DNA from: Octopus vulgaris
Lineage: Eukaryota
DNA: 64,000 bases
Direction of reading: 5' to 3'
Assembly: GCA_951406725.2 (NCBI GenBank)
Contig: OX597825.1
Location: 25,606,001-25,670,000 of the forward strand
In this document: positions 57,205 through 64,000 of the stretch, piece by piece
Numbering within the stretch: position 1 is the stretch's first letter
Layout of the letters: each line of letters opens with the position of its first letter
Program-made: the position numbers and the translations under genes
The notes under the pieces: model-generated
The model's input: only the letters and a program-made list of their open reading frames with translations
Database searches by the model: none
What the model was told of the DNA's origin: nothing

Positions 57205-57590
57205 AACAAAACAAAAGTGAAACAAGAACGTAACAGACGGCAACAAAATATTGGGGCAGTTAGACGATACAAAAAAAGACAGGAAAAAACAAGGACAGGT
57301 CATTCGAAGCTTTCAATCTTCAGTCGAGTGCCAGATCGTCTTTGTAGTTTCGGCCGGTTATTCTTGAGACTGCTCTACTCTAGCTGACCCCAAGAAAATA
57401 CAATCTAAAATCACTAGATTCTTTGGAAGAAAGCAAGCTAATGTATACGAAAACAAGGATGAAAATGAAAGGGAGAAGTTGTACACAATTACAAATACAA
57501 AGAACAGGACATTAACAACAGGTGTCTTTCGACTAAGGACGAATTAAATTAAACTGACGTGTGTGGAAGTGAAGCCTTACGGCAGGACCA
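57205..57590 (-). mobile_element. Non-autonomous repeat related to 38738-38900 (PLE pLTR-like)
   Basis: Shared motifs gacgatacaaa, aaaacaaggac.ggtcattc and tttcggccg. Confidence 0.55.
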
Positions 57591-57594
57591 TAGA

Positions 57595-58244
57595 GGTTGA
57601 AAGTCATGGGAAGGAATATAAGAGTATACGTGTGGAGACAGCCAAACGAAGTATTTGACCCAGACTGCCTTCTTCCAACTTTTAAACAGAGAGGAAAATC
57701 TGTGATGATCTGGGCGGGGCTGTATCTTGGAAATCTGCCGACCCAATGGCTTCCCTTCATGGCAGGATTAATAGTCAAGAGTATTTAAGCATTTTATCTG
57801 ATTAAAGTCATTCTATGTTTGCGGAACTGTTTCCAGAGGGAAACGCAATCTTTCAGGATGATAATGCACTAATTCACACAGCGAAAGCTGTTACTGACTG
57901 TTACGAAGAATATTCTAGTGAAGTTGAACATCTTATCTGGACACCACAGTCCCCAGATCTCAATATTATTGAAGATTTATGGTGCATTTTAGAAAAACAA
58001 GTAAGGAATTGATGTCCACCACCATCATCACTACAAGAACTGGAGAATGTTTAAGCTGGAGAATGTTTAAGCTGGAGAATGTTTAAGCTGGAGAATGGAC
58101 AAAAATTCCTTTGGAAGCAATTCAAACTTTGTACGAGTCCATGCCTCGTATAATTCAAGCTGTAATTACTGCCAAAGGCCGTGCTACACCACATTAAAAT
58201 AAATTTGTTTGAAATTTTAAGCTCTTTCCATTATTATGTCCAAC

Positions 58245-58247
<3 letters not shown>
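57595..58247 (+). mobile_element. Tc1 transposon 3' part, decayed
   Basis: VYVWRQPNE...PTFKQRGKSVMIWAG, IFQDDNALIHTAK, WTPQSPDLNIIEDLW; ends tgtccaacccc-ta. Confidence 0.92.
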
Positions 58248-58307
<60 letters not shown>

Positions 58308-58331
58308 TACATGCATACATACATGCATACA

Positions 58332-58374
<43 letters not shown>

Positions 58375-58635
58375 AATAGTAAAAAGTGAAAAAAATACAG
58401 AAGGCTTAAATGTTAAAAAATATATATTTGCGTCAATATGTCTGAAGAATATTAAAAAAAAGTTTTCTCTTATAATGACATTTAGCTTTTCAAATTTCTT
58501 ACGACGTTATGTTTATGTTGAATAGAGTTATAACAACAGCAGCAGTAGCACCAAAGACAACCCATTTTGTGTGAATATAAAATTGTAGAATAATGCAGCA
58601 TATTTCATAAATGGTGTCCTCTATAAGACTAATGG

Positions 58636-58740
58636 GACCACGTGTATGAGGAAGGCGCAATCCAGAGAGGAGTGGGCAGCGTGCTGTGACCAGCGGTGTC
58701 AAATGAACGCCCGACGGACTGGTCGGTCAAGGTCAAGGTG
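58636..58740 (+). mobile_element. 105-bp RTE LINE 3' end
   Basis: GTTCMRKAQSREEWAACCD; (ggtcaa)n tail; 13-bp TSD ataag(a/t)ctaatgg at 58623-58635 and 58741-58753. Confidence 0.85.
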
Positions 58741-59942
58741 ATAAGTCTAATGGCATTTTATTAACTCAGGGGCAAGGGCAAGAGAGAACAAAATTGTGAC
58801 CATTGAAAAGAAATTGTGTGGTACAAATTTTGAAGAAGGCCGCTTTTCTGTCTGGCCAACTCTCGTTAACTCCTTTATGTACCCTTAAAAGACAAGGATA
58901 AGCGTAGCGGCGGAGGCACTGTCTTCTAGTATGCTTTATGAATGGTGGGTGATAACGGTAAGACTTTTGACAAAGCCAGATTTCTTACTTTGCCCTGCAG
59001 CTATAAAAGGGAGTGTAATTGAGTAGGAGTTGGCTTCTTTACCTCTGGTGCCCTAGAATAATTCATGTGGAGTGATGTCAAGAACCACCTTAAATGGTCT
59101 CAACCCTTAACGGACCATTTTGATTGTTAGTATTTTCTTTCTTTCACTTTCTTTGCTTGCTGTGACATTCTGAGTCACCAGTACTTTGGTATTTTGTTCT
59201 TGTTCTGACCCGAAGTTCTTGATCAATTATGGAGGCTTTCTTTATATTCCTGACCATGAATACATAAATATATAACTGTCTTAATCCGAAAATAAGAGTA
59301 TTTTTATTTATCTAATAATTTATTTATTTCCTACCTTCCATCCTTTCTTCATTCATTCTTTCTACCTCCTCAACGCTCTTTTCTTTATCGTTCTTCTATT
59401 CCTTTCTATTTCTAGCGACTAATCGTTTGTGCGGTTTTAGAAATGAAATTTTACCATAGCAGCAACACCCACCCTGCCAACTATTGCTATGATTAGCCAC
59501 CACCACCACCACCACCATCGCTATTATCTGCATCATAACCATCATTACTACACCCCCACAACTAAGAACAACAATGTGAATAGGGACAACAAATAACAAG
59601 CAAGTGTCTGTCAAGTAATTCTCTAAGTTTTCTAAAATAGAGGGAGAAACATCAGGAGATTCCCAATTATTTTGACTGCTTAGCATAGTGGACACAAAAA
59701 GAAATAAAAAGAAAAAAAAAACTCAAAAATTAATTGCGCACTTCGCAAAGAAAGTTAATAAAAACTATTTCTTAGAATTGTAAAAGTTAGAAAACAGGGA
59801 AAAAAAAAAAATATTGCTTAGTGTATTTTATTAACCATACTTTTGTCGAAGAAAATTATGAATAACACGTTTTCATTACATTCAGGTATTTATATGGATT
59901 TTCTAAAGACTTAAATTATATTTTTATAAATCCGCGGCTCAC

Positions 59943-59997
59943 TTAGAAAGCGCTTGCGGCGCAGCCTTTGAAAAGCGCTAGCGTAATCTGATATAAA
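59943..59997 (-). CDS. Candidate internal micro-exon FISDYASAFQRLRRKRFL (alternative acceptors at 60002 and 59987)
   Basis: Polypyrimidine tract tttctcttcttcttgc...ttttccagtgtag|, GC/CpG-rich 55-nt body in an AT-rich context, donor CTAA|GTGAGC (phase 1). Confidence 0.5.
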
Positions 59998-60126
59998 CTA
60001 CACTGGAAAAGATATATTGCAACGACAGCAAGAAGAAGAGAAACAAGTCCAACAATGCAGCCATAGTAATGATTTAGTATTTCTTTCCAAAACCAACAGT
60101 AAGAACGTGAACAACGGTGACATTGC

Positions 60127-60166
<40 letters not shown>

Positions 60167-60215
60167 TGATGATGATGATGATGATAATAATAATAATAAT
60201 AATAATAATACTAGT

Positions 60216-60262
<47 letters not shown>

Positions 60263-60268
60263 TACTAG

Positions 60269-60305
<37 letters not shown>

Positions 60306-60356
60306 GTATTAATAATAATAATAATAATAATAATAATGATGATGATGATGATGATG

Positions 60357-61351
60357 CTTTCATTTATTTGCCTCAGGGATGAAGGATGAGGGGGCAATAC
60401 AAAGAGGTTTACGTATAATGAAAGGATGAAAAAAAGTAAGTATACACGGTAAACACTGAAAAACGAAGAAACACATACACAGCATACAAAGGTTAAAAAA
60501 AGGTGGCGGGGAGGATGATAAAGATGTAGCCCTCCTGATACAGGAAGACCCCTAGGGATAATTGTGGAACCCCATTGTCCGAGATTTCCCAGAACACCAA
60601 GAGCAAGTGCCTTTCCACTTCCTTCTCTCCATCTTAGAAGTCTACACTGACATAGATACAATCCACTCTTACCATTTTTGCAATTTTCACGAACCTTTCA
60701 ATAGACTCACTTGGGGACTGAGGTGCCCCCACACTCTCAATTCCCTTTTCAAGTGAAACTTGAAAAATGTCAATGAGAGCTCTACCAAAATGGAATGTAT
60801 CTGTCCTCATGCCTTTCAGCCTTGTCCACTAAATAACCTCTTTCGCCACAGCCACCAGGCAAAGAAAAACTGCCTTGCCTGCCCGTTTGAAAGAGAGCGA
60901 TGGGGCGATAATCAGTACAGACTCGGCCGAATACGGATCCGTCCCACACGTGACAGAAGCTGTTCGACATAACCCCACAAGTCAGCAAAGCCCGGACACT
61001 GAACGAGTGCATGCAGAAAGGGTTCGTTACTCTGCGCGCACTTCGGACAAGTCCGTCTGACAGCACATCCGTGCCTGTAGATGTTATCTCAAACCGGCAG
61101 CGTCTCACTCGCAGTAGCATTGCCAGGTCAAGGACATCTGGAAATTATCCACGATAGTTCCAGACCGGAAGGACTTCTGGAATAAACTAGCCAGTTCGTT
61201 TTTATTGGCGACGAGAGTCTTCTCGAAAACGTCTTCGTACTTCGCTGCCGCTAATCCTGCATACATTTCTAACCCGGAATATCCATCGATCCCATTGCCC
61301 GACTGGTAGAGGGCTGTGAACCCCTTACGACATTCTAAATGCCAGGCACCC
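60357..61351 (-). mobile_element. Tx1/L1-clade LINE 3' end (zf-RVT CCHC) with 3'UTR
   Basis: IVDNFQMSLTWQCY, then frameshifted TLPV*DNIYRHG..RTCPKCAQSNEPFLHALVQCP..ADLW; aataaa followed by an (ATC)n tail; (AAT)/(ATG) repeats on both sides. Confidence 0.9.
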
Positions 61352-61403
<52 letters not shown>

Positions 61404-61424
61404 GTTATGATGATGATGATGTAA

Positions 61425-61605
61425 TCTCAAATTTTAAAACAAACACAAAATTTTCTTATGGTTTGTTAAACACTCTATGTACAAAGCTAAATATATGGCA
61501 GCCTAGGCATAACACCAACATGAACTTCCAACTAGTTATTTCTTGTGGTCCCTGGGTAAGACTTGGAGCCAACTTGTACAAATGCAAAGCAAAAGTCAAA
61601 CATAA
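61425..61605 (+). mobile_element. Probable R4/Dong 3'UTR fragment inside (AAT)n
   Basis: tccctgggtaagacttgg resembles tctctggttgagaccc in the 26700 Dong 3'UTR; ends in aataataa. Confidence 0.5.
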
Positions 61606-61816
61606 AATAATAATATTATTATTAATAATAATATTAATGATAATAATAATAATATTGATAATAATAATAATAATAGTAATATTAATAATATTAATAATGA
61701 TAATATTATTAGTATTAGTTGTAGTAGTAGTAATAAAAATATTAATGGTAATACTAGTAATCGTATTAATAATAATAATAATAATAATGATGATGATGAT
61801 AATGATGATGATGATG

Positions 61817-61894
<78 letters not shown>

Positions 61895-62349
61895 GTAATA
61901 ATAATAATAATAATGGTAGTGGTGGTGGTACTCCAACCACGGCCTTCAAATACGACGATGTATGCATAGCAAGAAATATAGCGACAATGACAACGATGAT
62001 ATCTGCAACAGCAACTACAACAATAACAGCAACAATAATACTAACTACCGAATCCAACATGGTCACTCGATCTGTTGAAAAATATCCATATTCTGTTCAA
62101 GTCACGTCCTGCTGTCCGAGAAAAAAAAACGTACGTTGAATAATCAATTTCGCTAATGTGGCTCTGCAAAGCAATCGACCTTTCCATATTAATGCATGTT
62201 CGTGTTAATACCACGTAATCATTTAGACCGTTGCCGATCTGTTTGATTTCCATGATGCCGAATATTGTGACAGTGGCAACATCCATGTGTAGCGACATGG
62301 CTTTCCTGTATGTCAGTTTGTGATAACGTTGACAGCATCAACAGCCCCA

Positions 62350-62540
62350 GTGGAGGCGCAATGGACCCAGTGGTTAGGGCAGCGGATTCGCGGTCGTAAG
62401 AACGCGGTTTCGATTCCCAGACCGGGCATTGTAAGTGTTTATTGAGTAAAACACCTAAGCTTCGCGAGGTTCCGGCGGAGTGGTGATGGTGAACCCCGCT
62501 GTACTCTTTCACCACAACTTTCTTTCACTCTTTCTTCCTA
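62350..62540 (+). mobile_element. SINE family C, 3'-truncated
   Basis: tggaggcgcaatggacccagtggttagggcagcgg...ggtttcgattccc...ctgtactctttcaccacaac. Confidence 0.88.
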
Positions 62541-62699
62541 CTTCAACAACAAAACAGAGGAACCATGGTGTAACCCACTATGGTGTGGTAGACTTTCAGA
62601 CCCTAGTCTAGATCGCGAATCCTCTATTCCCCAGGATGGTTCAGCTCTCCATCCGTTAAAAGCCACCGTTTATATATATATGTACGTATGTATGTATGT

Positions 62700-62915
62700 A
62701 TATGTTTGTGTGCCTGTGTTTGTTCCCCCAACATTGCTTGGCAACCGATGCTGGTTTGTTTACGTCCCCGTTATTTAGCGGTTCGGCAAGAGAAATGATA
62801 GAATAAATACTAGGCTTACAAAGATTAAATCCTGGGAGTCGATTTGCTCGACCGAAAGGCGATGCTCCAGCATGGCCGCAGTCAAATTACTGAAACAAAT
62901 ACAAGAAAAGAAAGC
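62700..62915 (+). mobile_element. SINE family B 3' half
   Basis: gcaaccgatgctgg...ggcgatgctccagcatggccgcagtcaaattactgaaac. Confidence 0.88.
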
Positions 62916-63466
62916 GCTATCAAGGTAGAATTAGAATCCATAGATGACACCGGTTCAAGTGTCACGTGACTTACTAATTTAGTTCTTCTTAGTGATGACG
63001 CCAAAATACGAAGAAGTTACTACAAGTGATTGGTGTCAATTATCTCCATCAGCTAATAAATTCATTTAGTATTGTTATCATTTGTATGTTTTAATAATGT
63101 ATGTTTGTTCCTTTGTTTAGTATAATGAATAGTTTAATGTCTATATTAGCTTCGATAAATTGGTCGTCCACTACCTTATTATATGAATGATATTTACTAG
63201 ACAGGCAATTACCTATAGTCTGTTTTAAGCGGTACTGTTTTCTCAAAATGCCATAAGGTCGCAACATTGTGGTGACGCAGTATATTAATATGTATGATCG
63301 CCCCTCTCCCCAGCGAATGACTGGTGATAATTTCTCGAGGCCTGAAGGATGAAATGTGAAGTCGGTTTGGCTAGGCTGAGAATAGAATTCACAATCTGAG
63401 TGACAGAGGTGCAACAGCCACCCATTGAGATGTAGATTGTCTGTGTATCTGTCCCCCCTACCCCTC

Positions 63467-63510
<44 letters not shown>

Positions 63511-63513
<3 letters not shown>

Positions 63514-63702
63514 TTTTAGTCTTTTATTGTTTCATCATTTTACTGCGGCCATGCTGGAGCACCGCCTTTTGGTCGAGCAAATCGATCCCCAGGACTTATT
63601 CTTTGTAACCCTAGTACTTATTCTATCGGTCTCTTTTGCCGAACTGCTAAGTTACGGGGACGTAAACATACCAGCATTGGTTGTCAAGCGATGTTGGGGG
63701 GA

Positions 63703-63764
<62 letters not shown>

Positions 63765-63956
63765 TACATATATATATATATATACATATATACGACGGGC
63801 TTCTTTCAGTTTCCGTCTACCAAATCCACTCAAAAGGCTTTGGTCGGCCCGAGGCTATAGTAGAAGACACTTGCTCAAGGTGCCACGCAGTGAGACTTAA
63901 CCCGTAACCATATAGTTGGTAAGCAAGCTTCTTACCACACAGCCACTTCTGCGCCT
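63511..63956 (-). mobile_element. SINE family B full copy with internal (CA)n/(TA)n
   Basis: Matches 8187-8605 along its length. Confidence 0.92.
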
Positions 63957-64000
63957 ATATATAGAATAATCGAACATTAATCACAATAACAAGAGGACCT

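Noticed and set aside
58760-59130. Solo-LTR-like island with tataaaaggg
   Set aside because: No convincing TG...CA ends, TSD or second copy found.
59943-59997. FISDY resemblance to GIP/glucagon-family peptides
   Set aside because: Five-residue match only, with no precursor context; probably coincidence.
62041-62298. 85-aa ORF with non-repetitive composition
   Set aside because: No recognisable domain or splice signals; possibly a decayed transposon.

Overview
AT-rich eukaryotic, mostly non-coding DNA saturated with microsatellites ((TA)n, (CA)n, (TATG)n, (CTAT)n, (AAT)n, (ATC)n) and transposable-element remnants. The repeat make-up suggests an octopus or other coleoid cephalopod genome (inference, not database-verified). 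Elements recognised: decayed mariner and Tc1 transposons, several MITEs (hAT-Charlie-like, Tc2/pogo-like, mariner, one unclassified), LINE remnants (CR1, R4/Dong, RTE, Tx1), Penelope-like element (PLE) remnants, and at least five tRNA-headed SINE families (my labels A-E). No intact transposase or RT ORF is present, and most listed ORFs are microsatellite artefacts. The only credible host-gene signal is a pair of small phase-compatible minus-strand exons (59997-59943 and 52516-52473) that would give ...FISDYASAFQRLRRKRFL-N-FTPLCSNFYITQV*, ending in a class I PDZ-binding-like motif; I could not identify the gene. The most notable signal is about seven type I hammerhead ribozyme (HHR) motifs in short non-autonomous elements. 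One is a TSD-flanked SINE joining a Pol III tRNA head, an (AAT)n spacer and an HHR-containing tail; another is an essentially intact HHR with a long stem II. Two SINE-LINE 3'-tail partnerships are also visible within the window.
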